Positions 20,307 to 30,320 of a stretch of DNA of 64,000 nt are shown one piece after another. The notes beneath the pieces are model-generated. The model searched no databases and was not told where the DNA came from. It saw only the letters and a program-made list of their open reading frames with translations. The position numbers were made by a program, and so were the translations under genes. Origin of the DNA: Vicinamibacteria bacterium. Its GTDB lineage: Bacteria > Acidobacteriota > Vicinamibacteria > Marinacidobacterales > Marinacidobacteraceae. The stretch covers positions 2,048,001-2,112,000 of the forward strand of contig OY729431.1 of the NCBI GenBank assembly GCA_963422395.1, written 5' to 3'. Each line of letters opens with the position of its first letter. Position 1 is the first letter of the stretch.

Positions 20307-20552
20307 ATGCCCTACTCCCTCGATACCGCAGCCGCCGCCGAGCGCATCACCGCCGCCGGGGCCGATCCTGCCCTCGCCCGCGCCATCGTCACCGAACTCG
20401 CACTCACCGACGAAAGCAGCGCCTCGAAGGCCGACCTCGACGCCCTCGAAGCCCGGCTCACCGCCGCGATCAGCGCCTCCGAGCGCCGGGGCATCCTCGC
20501 CGCCCTCGCCATCGCCGGGCTCCTCTTCGCCGCCCTCCGCCTCTTCGCGTAG
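20307..20552 (+). CDS. DUF1640/CCDC90-like small coiled-coil protein with C-terminal TM anchor
   Basis: LDT..A.ERI.AAG...ARAIV...ASKADL..LEARL plus hydrophobic C-terminus. Confidence 0.7.
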   Translation: MPYSLDTAAAAERITAAGADPALARAIVTELALTDESSASKADLDALEARLTAAISASERRGILAALAIAGLLFAALRLFA

Positions 20553-20555
20553 CCG

Positions 20556-20969
20556 CTATCCCGGAGGGTCGGGCTCGCGGCAGCGGCGGCGGCGGTTCCG
20601 GGCCACGATTTCGTAGGCCAGCAGCTCGGCGAGCAGGAGGGGCGGGAAGGCGTAGGCCAGCACCGCCAGGGCGCGGGCGGGCACCCCCCGCATCCCCCGA
20701 GGGGCACAGTCCAGCATTAATCGGTTCACCGCGAACGCACCTCCGTGGATTCGGCCGCGGCGGTCGCGGAAGCGCAGCCGCCGCTCACAGGCGAACCGGC
20801 TGATCCCGATGCCCGCGAGTTCCCGGTCCGAGAGCTCCTGATAGGCGGAGAACCGAACCTCCCTGCCCTCCGTGAATCGTGCGGCGGCCGCCGCCAGGCG
20901 GGAGCAGAGGCCGCAGCCGCCGTCGTAGATGAGGAGGGGAGCGGTTCCGGAGCGGCGGGGCGGGTTCAG
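20556..20969 (-). CDS. DCC1-like (DUF393) thiol-disulfide oxidoreductase
   Basis: IYDGGCGLC and AYEIVARNR motifs; no canonical start near the domain, CTG 20969 overlaps the upstream stop. Confidence 0.75.
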   Translation of the reverse strand: MNPPRRSGTAPLLIYDGGCGLCSRLAAAAARFTEGREVRFSAYQELSDRELAGIGISRFACERRLRFRDRRGRIHGGAFAVNRLMLDCAPRGMRGVPARALAVLAYAFPPLLLAELLAYEIVARNRRRRCREPDPPG

Positions 20970-21244
20970 CTGAGGTCGAGCCGGGGCAGATCGCGGCCGC
21001 TGCCGTTGAAGCGGTTGTTCGGGTGGCGGCGGAGGAGCCACACCCGGAAGAGCCCGAACCCGAGCCCGACGATCACCGTCCCGAGCACCAGCGCCCCGGC
21101 GAGGGCGAACGACTCGAGGATGAGGGACAGGATCCCCCGCGGGGGTTCGGGATCGGAGAGCGTGAAGTACTCGACCGCCGGCGGCTGCAGCAGCAGGATC
21201 GCCCAAGGCAGGACCGCGGCGAAGAGCCGGGACGGGAAGGACAT
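20966..21244 (-). CDS. Small membrane protein
   Basis: 92 aa with two hydrophobic segments. Confidence 0.6.
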   Translation of the reverse strand: MSFPSRLFAAVLPWAILLLQPPAVEYFTLSDPEPPRGILSLILESFALAGALVLGTVIVGLGFGLFRVWLLRRHPNNRFNGSGRDLPRLDLS

Positions 21245-21387
21245 TCTCGAAGTTCGCGCAGCGGGTCGAAGCTCGCGCATGGGCCGGATCCCGCGGGGTC
21301 GTTCAGATCCCGCAGGGCGGGGCCGACCCGCAGCCCCAGGGCGCCGGACCGATGCCGGATTGTAGTGGGGGCGGCGCCGCCGGGGCG

Positions 21388-22170
21388 CTACCCGCCTTTC
21401 GCGACCTCCGACAGCGAGCGCTCCAGCGCCCGCTCGATGCGGGCGGTGAGCGGGCCGGTATCGAAGCGAAAGGCGCGGGACACCTCGTCGCGAATCCCGG
21501 GAGCGTCCCCGGCATCGAACCAGATCGGGGGCTGCTCGTCGGCGAGCGCGAAGAAACTCAGCATCAGGTGAGCGACGCGGAAATTGGCGTTCACGAAGGG
21601 AGAGATATCGAGGAAACGGGCGAAGAACAACGCGGCGCGCGGCGCGGTCTCGAGGTCGCGCCCGCTCTGACCAGAGATCCAGGTGAGCAGTTCGCCCAGC
21701 CGGAGCGGGATCGTCTGGGGAGGCGACAGGCCCGCGCCCGAGAACTGGGGCTCGATCTGGGAAGCGCGGAACGAAGAGGGGCCCGCCTCCCCGGTGGCGA
21801 TCGCGTGGATCTCGCCGAGTAGCGGCGCGGTGGGATCCCGCCCGTCCGCTTCGCTCGATCCCGCCGCCTGTTCGAGGCGGCGGAGCGCGGCGAGAGGCGC
21901 TCTGAAAGCGGGCGCGGCGGCGAGGTTTCCTTCGCGTCCCGCCCGGATTTCCGCCTCGGAAGCCGCAGAGTCGGGGAGCTGCCCGGTGAGTTGTAGTGTC
22001 GCGCGCGCCGCTTCGATCGAAAGCGTCCGGCAACGCTCGCTAAAGCGCGCCCGCCCCAGGCGGCGGACGATCCTCTCCCGGCGCGCCCGCAGTTCCGGCC
22101 CCGGACCGGCGGCAGTCGGCGCGTCGGGCAAGGAGCCGCCGCCCGGGTGGAGCGGCAGCGCCTCGGCCAT
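21388..22170 (-). CDS. Fic-domain protein with degenerate active-site motif
   Basis: [33 protein letters not shown] in Fic-like order. Confidence 0.65.
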   Translation of the reverse strand: MAEALPLHPGGGSLPDAPTAAGPGPELRARRERIVRRLGRARFSERCRTLSIEAARATLQLTGQLPDSAASEAEIRAGREGNLAAAPAFRAPLAALRRLEQAAGSSEADGRDPTAPLLGEIHAIATGEAGPSSFRASQIEPQFSGAGLSPPQTIPLRLGELLTWISGQSGRDLETAPRAALFFARFLDISPFVNANFRVAHLMLSFFALADEQPPIWFDAGDAPGIRDEVSRAFRFDTGPLTARIERALERSLSEVAKGG

Positions 22171-22282
22171 CGGGGAAATCCTACTGCCCGGCATCGGCCA
22201 GCGAGCGGGAGCAACGGATGCCGGAAGGAAAGGCCGGCGAGAAAGGAACGAAGGGGCAGCCCAGCAGCCTACAATCGGATCG

Positions 22283-23074
22283 GTGCTGGCCCGGCGGATC
22301 ATCCCCTGCCTCGATGTGAAGGACGGCCGGGTGGTCAAGGGAGTGCGGTTCGAGAACCTGAAGGATGCGGGCGACCCGGTGGAGTGGGCTTCGGCCTACG
22401 ACGCCGGAGAGGCCGACGAACTCTGCCTGCTGGACATCACCGCGACCTGGGAGGCGCGCGGGACGGCGCTCGGGACGGTGGCGCGGGTTGCGGAGACGCT
22501 GGCCATCCCCTTCACCGTCGGCGGCGGCGTCCGTTCGGTGGCCGACATGGACAACCTGCTCCGGGCGGGCGCGGACAAGGTCTCGATGAACAGCGCCGCG
22601 GTCGAAAGGCCCCGACTCCTCGCCGAAGCCAGCAGACAGTTCGGTTCCCAATGCGTCGTCCTCGCAGTGGATGCCCGGCGGAATCGGAACCGGGAGTTCG
22701 AAGTGGTGGTCGCCGGAGGCAGGACCCCGACGGGAGTCGGCGCCCTCGATTGGATCCGCCGCGGCGAGGAGCTCGGCGCCGGAGAGATCCTCTGGACCAG
22801 CATGGACCGCGACGGGACCGGGAACGGCTACGACCTCGAACAGCTCTGCAGGGCGGCGGAGGCGGTGTCGGTCCCGATCATCGCCTCGGGAGGCGCCGGC
22901 CGGCTCTCGCACCTCGCGGAACTGTTCGAGCGCACCGAGGCGAGCGCGGCGCTCGCCGCCTCCATCTTCCACCGGCGCCTCCATACCCTCGCCGAGGCGA
23001 AGCGCTACCTCGCCGGCCGCGGCATCCCGGTCCGCCCGCCGGAGGCCGATTGTTTCGGGCCCGGAGCAGCATGA
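22283..23074 (+). CDS. hisF: Imidazole glycerol phosphate synthase cyclase subunit
   Basis: [42 protein letters not shown]. Confidence 0.97.
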   Translation: MLARRIIPCLDVKDGRVVKGVRFENLKDAGDPVEWASAYDAGEADELCLLDITATWEARGTALGTVARVAETLAIPFTVGGGVRSVADMDNLLRAGADKVSMNSAAVERPRLLAEASRQFGSQCVVLAVDARRNRNREFEVVVAGGRTPTGVGALDWIRRGEELGAGEILWTSMDRDGTGNGYDLEQLCRAAEAVSVPIIASGGAGRLSHLAELFERTEASAALAASIFHRRLHTLAEAKRYLAGRGIPVRPPEADCFGPGAA

Positions 23075-23748
23075 TCGAGGGAATCCGCTGGACCGACGAC
23101 GGCCTGGTTCCGGCGATCGTCCAGGATGCGGCGAGCGGCCGGGTGCTCATGCTGGGCTGGATGAACGAAGAAGCCCTTTCACGGACCACCGCGACCGGCC
23201 GCGTGCATTTCTTCTCCCGCCGCCGGGGGACCCTCTGGCGCAAGGGAGAAACCTCCGGCAACGAACTGCTGCTGCGCTCGATCACCGCCGATTGCGACGG
23301 CGACGCCCTGCTGGTCGAAGCCGATCCCCGCGGACCGACCTGCCACACCGGACAGGTCTCCTGCTTCTTCCGCCCACTGGCCAGCGAGCCGCCAGAGCCC
23401 GGCGGGCCGGAGTTCGAGGCGGCAATCGATCGGAAATCGGACGGGGCATCGGATCTGGGATCGGTGCTTCGGGCGCTGGCTGGGATCGTGGGCGAGCGGG
23501 CCGCCCAGCGCCCCGAGGGCTCCTACACCGCGAGGCTGCTGGACGCCGGCACCCAGCGGATCGCCCAGAAGGTCGGCGAGGAGGGCGTCGAAGTCGCGCT
23601 CGCGGCCGCCGCCGGAACGGACGCCGAAGTGGTGCGCGAGACGGCGGATCTCCTCTACCACCTCCTGGTGCTCTTCGAGGACCGGAACCTCGGGACCGAC
23701 CGGATCGCCGGCGAACTGTCCCGCCGTTTCCCCGCCGCGCGGCGTTGA
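23071..23748 (+). CDS. hisIE: Bifunctional phosphoribosyl-AMP cyclohydrolase / phosphoribosyl-ATP pyrophosphatase
   Basis: [36 protein letters not shown]. Confidence 0.96.
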   Translation: MIEGIRWTDDGLVPAIVQDAASGRVLMLGWMNEEALSRTTATGRVHFFSRRRGTLWRKGETSGNELLLRSITADCDGDALLVEADPRGPTCHTGQVSCFFRPLASEPPEPGGPEFEAAIDRKSDGASDLGSVLRALAGIVGERAAQRPEGSYTARLLDAGTQRIAQKVGEEGVEVALAAAAGTDAEVVRETADLLYHLLVLFEDRNLGTDRIAGELSRRFPAARR

Positions 23749-23754
23749 AGCCGA

Positions 23755-23773
23755 ACGGACTGCTAGCAGCCTG
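23755..23773. repeat. Back-to-back MITE-like termini sharing one TA (acggactgcTAgcagcctg) between convergent hisIE and hisA
   Basis: Each half matches an element end; the CTAG supplies the hisA stop codon. Confidence 0.45.
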
Positions 23774-24590
23774 CGCCGGCGAGGGCCTGCCGCGCCTCCC
23801 GAAGGGAGAAGCGCTTTTCGTAGAGCGCGCGGCCCAGGATCACTCCGAAAAGCCGCGGCGCGCCCGGAGCGGCCGAGCCGGAATCGGCAGTACCGGTAGC
23901 GGCTGAACCCGATCTGACCGAACCCGCCGCGCCGAGTGCCGCGAGGTGCGCCAGCGTTCCGACGCCTCCGGCAAGGATCGTCGGCAGCCCCGAGGCGGCT
24001 GCCACCCGCAGCGCGCCCTCCGGGTCCGGTCCTGCCATCGTCCCGTCGCGCTCCACTCGGGTATAGAGGAGCGCGGCCGCGCCGCGCTCGCCCCAGTGCC
24101 GGGCGGCGGCTTCGGGATCGGTTTCCGCGGTTCCGGCGGCGTCCAGCGGCCGCTCCACCCAGCCGCGCGTCAGCAGGCGCCCGCCCCGCACATCGAGAGC
24201 CACCGCTACTCCTTCGGGGTCGCGCCGGATCGCTTCCTCCACCACTTCCGGGGTTTCCACGGCGGCGGTCCCGAACACCACCCGAGCGGCCCCGGCCTCG
24301 CGGAGTTCCGCGCCGGCCGCCGCGGTCCGCACCCCGCCGGCCACCTGGACCCGAAGCGCGGAGTCGGAGACGATCCGCCGCACCGCCTCCCGGTTCCCCG
24401 CATCTCCGAATGCCGCGTCGAGGTCCACGACATGGAGCCAACGCGCGCCGGCAGCCGCGAATTCCGCCGCTGCCCGCAGCGGATCATCGCCGTACACCGT
24501 CTCTCGCTCCCTGATCCCCCGGAACAGCCGGACCACGCGGCCGCCCGAGAGATCGATCGCCGGAATCGGTTCGATCCGGGGGGCGGGCAT
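23763..24590 (-). CDS. hisA: ProFAR isomerase
   Basis: IPAIDL..GRVVRL, LHVVDLDAA, QVAGGVR, RDGTMAGP. Confidence 0.95.
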   Translation of the reverse strand: MPAPRIEPIPAIDLSGGRVVRLFRGIRERETVYGDDPLRAAAEFAAAGARWLHVVDLDAAFGDAGNREAVRRIVSDSALRVQVAGGVRTAAAGAELREAGAARVVFGTAAVETPEVVEEAIRRDPEGVAVALDVRGGRLLTRGWVERPLDAAGTAETDPEAAARHWGERGAAALLYTRVERDGTMAGPDPEGALRVAAASGLPTILAGGVGTLAHLAALGAAGSVRSGSAATGTADSGSAAPGAPRLFGVILGRALYEKRFSLREARQALAGAGC

Positions 24591-25216
24591 CAGGAGAGGG
24601 CGAGGAAATTCCGCAGCACCGCCGCACCCAGCCGGCCGCTCTTTTCCGGATGGAACTGGATGCCCAGGATCCGCCCCTCGCCGGCTGCGGAAGCGAAGCG
24701 GACTCCGTACTCGGTCGAAGCGAAGCGCTGCCCCGGCGCGGACGGATCGGCATGGAAGGAGTGCAGGAAGTAGGCGTACGCGCCTTCGGGGATGCCGTGC
24801 AGCAGCGGGACGGGACGGATGTCCTCCAACTGGTTCCAGCCGATGTGGGGCACTCGCGGCGGCTCGTCGAAGCGGCGCACCTCGCCGGACAGGAGGCCGA
24901 GTCCGTCAACCTCCGGCGCTTCGTCGCTTCCCCGAAAGAGCATCTGCAGGCCGACGCAGATCCCGAGCAGCCAGGCTCCGGAGGCGAGCCCCCGGCGGAG
25001 CGGCGCCTCGAGTCCGCGTCCGCGCAGGGCGCGCATCGCTTCGCCGAAGTGCCCGTCGCCCGGCAGCACCAGCCGCCGCCCCGCCGCGATCTCTTCCGGA
25101 GCGGAGGTCCGGAGCACCCGCGCTCCCTGTCTCGCGAACGCCCGCACCACGCTTCCCAGATTTCCGGCGCCGTGGTCCACCACCACGACTTCGGGATCCG
25201 TTCCCCGGCGCCTCAC
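24590..25216 (-). CDS. hisH: IGP synthase glutamine amidotransferase subunit
   Basis: GNLGSV, LGICVGLQ, PHIGWN, QFHPEKSG. Confidence 0.95.
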   Translation of the reverse strand: MRRRGTDPEVVVVDHGAGNLGSVVRAFARQGARVLRTSAPEEIAAGRRLVLPGDGHFGEAMRALRGRGLEAPLRRGLASGAWLLGICVGLQMLFRGSDEAPEVDGLGLLSGEVRRFDEPPRVPHIGWNQLEDIRPVPLLHGIPEGAYAYFLHSFHADPSAPGQRFASTEYGVRFASAAGEGRILGIQFHPEKSGRLGAAVLRNFLALS

Positions 25217-25845
25217 CGGGAGAGTGTTCCCTTCGTCGAGGGAACCTCGCTGCCGAGGACCTCTTTCGCTTCGGCGAGCGCGCGGGCGAAGGCCTTGAAG
25301 ACGGTTTCGGCGAGGTGGTGGCTGTTCCGCCCGACCAGGCCGTCCACATGGACGGTGATCCGGCCGCGGTCGGTGAGGGCGCGGAAGAAGTCCTCGAAGA
25401 GCTCGGTCGGCACTTCCCCGACCCGCGCGGCGGGAAACGCGACCCGCCAGGCCAGGAACGGCCGTCCACAGAGATCCACCACCACCCGCGAAAGCGCCTC
25501 GTCGAGCGGGACATGGGCCGAGCCGAAGCGGCGGACGCCGGACAGATCGCCGAGAGCCTCGGCGAGGCAGCCCCCGAGGGTCAGCCCGACATCCTCCATG
25601 GTGTGGTGGGGGTCCACCTGGAGATCTCCCTCCGCCTCCACGGTGAGGGAAATCCCGGCGTGCCGGGCCAGTGTCTCCAGCATGTGATCGAAGAACCCGA
25701 TCCCGGTTGCGATCTCGGCGGCGGGGGTTTCCGGGTCGAGGTGGAGCGCGATCCGAACCCGGGTCTCGCGGGTCTCGCGCACTGCGGACGCCGACCGGCC
25801 GGCCGGGACATCCGGCGGGTGCTCCGGAGTGGGTTCGGGACTCAT
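25213..25845 (-). CDS. hisB: Imidazoleglycerol-phosphate dehydratase (monofunctional)
   Basis: RETRET, FFDHML, HHTMED, PLDEAL, NSHHLAETVFKA, PSTKG. Confidence 0.95.
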   Translation of the reverse strand: MSPEPTPEHPPDVPAGRSASAVRETRETRVRIALHLDPETPAAEIATGIGFFDHMLETLARHAGISLTVEAEGDLQVDPHHTMEDVGLTLGGCLAEALGDLSGVRRFGSAHVPLDEALSRVVVDLCGRPFLAWRVAFPAARVGEVPTELFEDFFRALTDRGRITVHVDGLVGRNSHHLAETVFKAFARALAEAKEVLGSEVPSTKGTLSR

Positions 25846-26969
25846 GCCACCGGCGATTCCGGAATTTCGGGGGCCCGAGCCTCCGAGGGCAGCAGGGGCG
25901 CGGCCAGCGAATCCGCCAGTGCTTCGAGAAAGATCAGGTTCTCCTCCGGAGTTCCCACCGTGACCCGGAGGGTGCGGCGTAGCTGCGGGTGCCGCGAGAA
26001 ATCGCGGACCGCCACCCCGCGGGCGAGGAGCCGCCGGGCCAGCAGCGGGCTGTCGAGAGGAGTTCGGAACAGCAGGAAGTTGGCCTCGGAAGGCCAGACC
26101 GCGACTCCGGACAGCGCTCCGAGCCGGGCGGCGAGCGCGTCCCGCTCCCTTGCGATCCGGCCCGCGAGTTCGAGCAGCGCGCTTCGCTCCCCCATGACCG
26201 CAACCGCTGCCCGACAGCTGTACACCCCGACGGGGAAGGGCGGCTGCGCGCGGCGGATGGCGCGGATCGCCTCGGGAGCGCCCAGCAGATAGCCGAGGCG
26301 CGCGCCGGCCATCGCCATCGCCTTCGAGAAGGTGCGCAGCAGGAGGATGTTGCCGAACTCGTCGAGCAGCGGCCGGGCGTTCTCGGAGCGGAACTCGTGG
26401 TACGCCTCGTCCACCAGCAGAAACCCGGGGACGGCCTCGGCGGCCTCCCGGAGTGCGTCCAGCGAGAGCCCCTGCCCGGTCGGATTGTGCGGGGTGGTCA
26501 GAAAGACGAGCGACGGCCGCTCGCGGGCGATCCGCTGCTGGAAGGCGGGGAGGTCGTACTCCAGCTCCTCGCCGAGCGCCACCGGGTGCGCCGCACCGCC
26601 GGCCAGCCGCACCGCCCACGGGTACATCGAAAAACCGGGAGACGGGTAGAGGGCGCACCGCCCCGCGCCGGTGGTCGCGAGCGCAGCGAGCGCCAGCATG
26701 TCGTCTCCGCCATTCCCGAACGCCACCCCCTCGGGATCCCAACCCGAGAGCCCGGCGAGCGCCTCCCGAACCGCCGGGTAGCCGCGGTCCGGGTAGGGGC
26801 GCGGATCAGCAGCGGCCGTCGCTTCGGCCAGCTTCGCCCCGAGCCCCTGCGGAAGCGGCCAGCGGCTCTCGTTCCAGTCCAGATGCAGGGGAACCTCGGG
26901 GCGCGATCCGACATCGGGGGCGAGGCCTCGAACTTCGGGGCGGACCGCGTCCAGCGGAACGGGTTTCAT
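25842..26969 (-). CDS. hisC: Histidinol-phosphate aminotransferase
   Basis: LDWNE, GNGGDD, PHNPTG, DEAYHEF, RTFSKA..GARLGY. Confidence 0.93.
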   Translation of the reverse strand: MKPVPLDAVRPEVRGLAPDVGSRPEVPLHLDWNESRWPLPQGLGAKLAEATAAADPRPYPDRGYPAVREALAGLSGWDPEGVAFGNGGDDMLALAALATTGAGRCALYPSPGFSMYPWAVRLAGGAAHPVALGEELEYDLPAFQQRIARERPSLVFLTTPHNPTGQGLSLDALREAAEAVPGFLLVDEAYHEFRSENARPLLDEFGNILLLRTFSKAMAMAGARLGYLLGAPEAIRAIRRAQPPFPVGVYSCRAAVAVMGERSALLELAGRIARERDALAARLGALSGVAVWPSEANFLLFRTPLDSPLLARRLLARGVAVRDFSRHPQLRRTLRVTVGTPEENLIFLEALADSLAAPLLPSEARAPEIPESPVA

Positions 26970-27048
26970 CGGCTTGCTGCCTCCAGAACGATCCCGGCGC
27001 CCGAAAGGGGTACTCCCGGCGATGCGTGGACAGAAGGTGATGCGGGCA

Positions 27049-28464
27049 TCAGGATTCGCCGCGCCCGCGGAGCGGGCCGGGATGGTAGCCAACCGCCGCC
27101 GGCGGGTCGCCGCCGCAGGGTTCGCCGCCGGGCGCCCCTTCCTCGAAGCGGATGCCGATGGAACGGGCGTGGGCCTCGAAACCCTCGATCCGGGCGAAGC
27201 GCTCGAAATCCGCCCGCTGCGTTTCCAGCGCCCGCCGCCCGTAGCGGAGCACGGTCTGCCGCTTCAGAAAGTCCCCGACGGAGAGCGGCGAAGCGAAGCG
27301 GGCGGCGCCGCCGGTCGGCAGGACATGGTTCGGCCCGGCGCCGTAGTCGCTGGCCGCCGTCGGCGAATGTCCGCCGAGCAGGAGGGCGCCGGCGCTCGGC
27401 AGGCGATCGGCGAGCGCTTCGGGGTCCGAAGTCATCACCTCGAGGTGTTCGGGGGCCAGTTCCTCGGCGAGGGCGACGGCCTGGTTCAGATCGGACACCA
27501 GGACCACCGCGCCGCGGCGGGCGAGGGCCCGGGCGATGCTCGCTTCGTTCCGCTGCCCGGCCGCCTGCCGCACGAGTTCGTCGATCGTCTCCTCGGCGAC
27601 TCTGCGGGAAGTGGTGATCAGGATGGCCCGCTCCTCTCCCGAGCCGTGCTCGGCCTGAGCGAGCAGGTCGGCGGCGATCCAGGGCGGCCGGGCGCCGCTG
27701 TCGGCCACCACCACCACTTCGGAGGGGCCGGCGAAAGCGTCGGTGCCGACGACCGCGCTCAGCTGCCGCTTGGCCTCGGCGACATACGCATTGCCGGGTC
27801 CGACGACCTTCTCCACCGGACGGACGCTGGCGGTGCCCCAGCCGAGCGCGGCGATCGCCTGGGCCCCGCCGATCCGGTACACCTCCCGAACCCCGGCGGT
27901 CTCGACCGCCGCCGCCAGCACCGGGCTGCGCTCGACCGCTCCGGGCGGAGTCGCCAGCGCGATCCGCGAAACTCCAGCCACCCGCGCCGGAACGGTGTTC
28001 ATCAGCACCGTGGAGGGATAGACCGCCTCCCCGCCCGGCACATAGACCCCGGCGGCGGCGATCGGCAGCACCCTCCATTCGAGGCGTGCCCCATCCCCCG
28101 ATTCCATGCGGAACGACGCTTCGCGCTGGCGCTCGTGGAAGGCGGCGATCCGGTCGCGGGTCCGGCGCAGAAGCGCTCGATCCTCGGAGCTCGCCCGCGA
28201 CGCGAACCGCGAAAGCTCCTCCGGGGAGATCCGGAGCGAATCGGCGTCGAGGTCGAAGGAATCGAACTCCCGGCCGAGTTCGACGAGCGCCCGGTCCCCG
28301 TCCTGGCGCACCCGCTCCAGGATGGCGGCGGTCGCCTCGGCCAGCCGGCGACCGGCACCGCCGGCGCGCTCTGCTCTCCGGCGGGGATCGGCCCGGAAGG
28401 CTGCGGCACCCTCGAAGAGGGGAACTCCGAAGCGGCGGGGCTCCCCGGAGGCGCCGCCGCTCAC
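27049..28464 (-). CDS. hisD: Histidinol dehydrogenase
   Basis: YVPGG, GPGNAYV, AGPSE, QAEH, APEHLE, GPNHVLPTGG. Confidence 0.95.
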   Translation of the reverse strand: MSGGASGEPRRFGVPLFEGAAAFRADPRRRAERAGGAGRRLAEATAAILERVRQDGDRALVELGREFDSFDLDADSLRISPEELSRFASRASSEDRALLRRTRDRIAAFHERQREASFRMESGDGARLEWRVLPIAAAGVYVPGGEAVYPSTVLMNTVPARVAGVSRIALATPPGAVERSPVLAAAVETAGVREVYRIGGAQAIAALGWGTASVRPVEKVVGPGNAYVAEAKRQLSAVVGTDAFAGPSEVVVVADSGARPPWIAADLLAQAEHGSGEERAILITTSRRVAEETIDELVRQAAGQRNEASIARALARRGAVVLVSDLNQAVALAEELAPEHLEVMTSDPEALADRLPSAGALLLGGHSPTAASDYGAGPNHVLPTGGAARFASPLSVGDFLKRQTVLRYGRRALETQRADFERFARIEGFEAHARSIGIRFEEGAPGGEPCGGDPPAAVGYHPGPLRGRGES

Positions 28465-29093
28465 GAACCCCCCGCCGCTACCGCCTCTTCGAGGCGGCGG
28501 AGCACCGGCTGCAGCACCGTGCTCCGGAGGCGGAAAGCGGCCCGGTTCACCACCACCCGCGCGCTGCTCTCGAAGAGCGTCTCCTCCTCGACGAGGTCGT
28601 TGTCCCGCAGGGTGGCGCCGGTCTCGACGAGATCCACGATGGCGTCGGCGAGGTCCAGGACCGGAGCGAGTTCGATCGCTCCCGAAAGGCGGATCAACTC
28701 GACCGGAACCCCGCGAGCGCCGAAATACCGCGCCGCCACCTTCGGGTATTTGGTGGCGATCCGGAAGGGCGGATCCGGCAGCTTCCGGCCTTCGGGGCGG
28801 GCGAGGATCATCCGACAGCGGCCGACCCCCAGATCGAGCGGCTCGTAGATGTGCGCGGGCTGCTCCTCCAAAACATCGCGGCCGACGACGCCGAGTTCCG
28901 CCACCCCATGCTCCACATAGATCGGAACGTCCCAGTCCTTGGCGAAGATCGCCTCCACTCCGTCCCCGAGAAGGCGAAGACGGCGGTCGGAAGCCCCCTC
29001 ACGGGGCAGCGGCCAGCCCGCCCGCCGGAGCAGAGCAGAGACCGCACGCAGCAGCCGCCCGGTGGGGAAGGCAGCGACCAGCGGGACATCCAT
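28461..29093 (-). CDS. hisG: ATP phosphoribosyltransferase, short form
   Basis: DVPIYVEHG, IATKYP, GAIELAP, IVDLVETGATLRDN; 210 aa with no regulatory domain. Confidence 0.95.
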   Translation of the reverse strand: MDVPLVAAFPTGRLLRAVSALLRRAGWPLPREGASDRRLRLLGDGVEAIFAKDWDVPIYVEHGVAELGVVGRDVLEEQPAHIYEPLDLGVGRCRMILARPEGRKLPDPPFRIATKYPKVAARYFGARGVPVELIRLSGAIELAPVLDLADAIVDLVETGATLRDNDLVEEETLFESSARVVVNRAAFRLRSTVLQPVLRRLEEAVAAGGS

Positions 29094-29114
29094 CGGACGA
29101 GAGCCCCGGAATCC

Positions 29115-29207
29115 TAGGAGTCCGTGGATGAAGTGGCGCGAATCCCAGCTCAGGCGGAGCCGGTATGGCCCCGCGAATACGCCGGATCACTTCGGGAACA
29201 GGCTGCC
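29115..29207 (+). mobile_element. Internally deleted MITE-like copy between hisZ and hisG
   Basis: Left end TAggagtccgtggatgaagtggcgcga and right end cacttcgggaacaggctgc resemble the 62782 termini; overlaps the last codons of hisZ. Confidence 0.65.
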
Positions 29208-30313
29208 CGACTCTCGGGTTCGAATCGGAGGGGGGCCCCGCGGGCGCGGGCGGAACGGGCCGCCCGGAACCGTTCGGCGAGGCCGGCGGCAGTCGTCGGA
29301 CCAAGGCCAGGCCGAATCGTTTGCGCGGCGCTGCGGTCGGGGTCCGCAGGGGTATCGAGGATGGCGGCCATCCGGTCCACCGAGAGCGAGAACCCGACGG
29401 CCGGGCGGGCATCGCCGAAGTTCGCCAGCAGATCGTCGTAGCGGCCGCCCCCACCGATCTCGCGGCCGGCGCCGGGAGCGTGGATCTCGAAAATGAGCCC
29501 GGTGTAGTAGTCGAAGCCGCGGAGTTCGGCGAGATCGAAACGAACCCGGCCGCCGAGACCCAGAGTGTCCAGCACTCCCGATATCTCCCGGAGCCGGACG
29601 ACCGCTTCGCGGGCCCGCTCCGGCAGCGCCCCGCGCCCCGCCGCTTCGAGGACCTCCGGTCCGCCGGTGTGATCGAGCGCCCGGAGCAGCGGCGGCGCCG
29701 CCGCTTCGAGCGCCGAGCCGATCCGGGCTCGATCCCGCCGCCAGAGCCCGCGAAGCGCCCCGGCGCGCCGTTCGGCTCGGTCGGCAGCTCCCGAGAGCGC
29801 CTCGTCGAGGAGCCCCAGCGGAAATCCGGCGTGTCCGAGGGTGAACCCGAAGCCGCTCACTTCGAGGCGTTCCAGCGTTTCGAACGCCACCATCAGGATC
29901 TCCAGATCGGCGGCCAGGCCGGCGGCGAAGTGCTCCAAACCGACCTCTCGGAACGCGGAGGGGCCGAGGCCGCGGCCCGGACGGCGCACCACCTCGCCGC
30001 GGTAGAACAGCCGGCGGACCTCGGGCGGCAGCCGGGTCGCCGCCGCCCGCGCCGCGAGAGCGGTGAAGTCGGCGCGCAAGGCCAGCAGCTCCCCTCCCTC
30101 GGTGAACCGGTAGCTGGACCGCTCCGACCAGCGTCCACCGCCGCGTGTGAAGACCTCCGCGTGGTCGAAGAGCGGCAGCAGGATCTCCTGGTAACTCCAG
30201 CCGCCGAACACCTCGGCGGCGGTCTGCTCCACGAAACGCCGGCGGCGCGCGGCAGGCCCCACATGGGTGACCGCCCCGGAGGGAGCGCGGAGGAGGGAAT
30301 CGGCTCCGACCAC
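29150..30313 (-). CDS. hisZ: ATP phosphoribosyltransferase regulatory subunit
   Basis: HisRS-like LALRADFT, FDYYTGLIFE, GGGGRYD, PAVGFS; adjacent to short hisG. Confidence 0.88.
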   Translation of the reverse strand: MVGADSLLRAPSGAVTHVGPAARRRRFVEQTAAEVFGGWSYQEILLPLFDHAEVFTRGGGRWSERSSYRFTEGGELLALRADFTALAARAAATRLPPEVRRLFYRGEVVRRPGRGLGPSAFREVGLEHFAAGLAADLEILMVAFETLERLEVSGFGFTLGHAGFPLGLLDEALSGAADRAERRAGALRGLWRRDRARIGSALEAAAPPLLRALDHTGGPEVLEAAGRGALPERAREAVVRLREISGVLDTLGLGGRVRFDLAELRGFDYYTGLIFEIHAPGAGREIGGGGRYDDLLANFGDARPAVGFSLSVDRMAAILDTPADPDRSAAQTIRPGLGPTTAAGLAERFRAARSARARGAPLRFEPESRAACSRSDPAYSRGHTGSA

Positions 30314-30320
30314 CGCCCGC

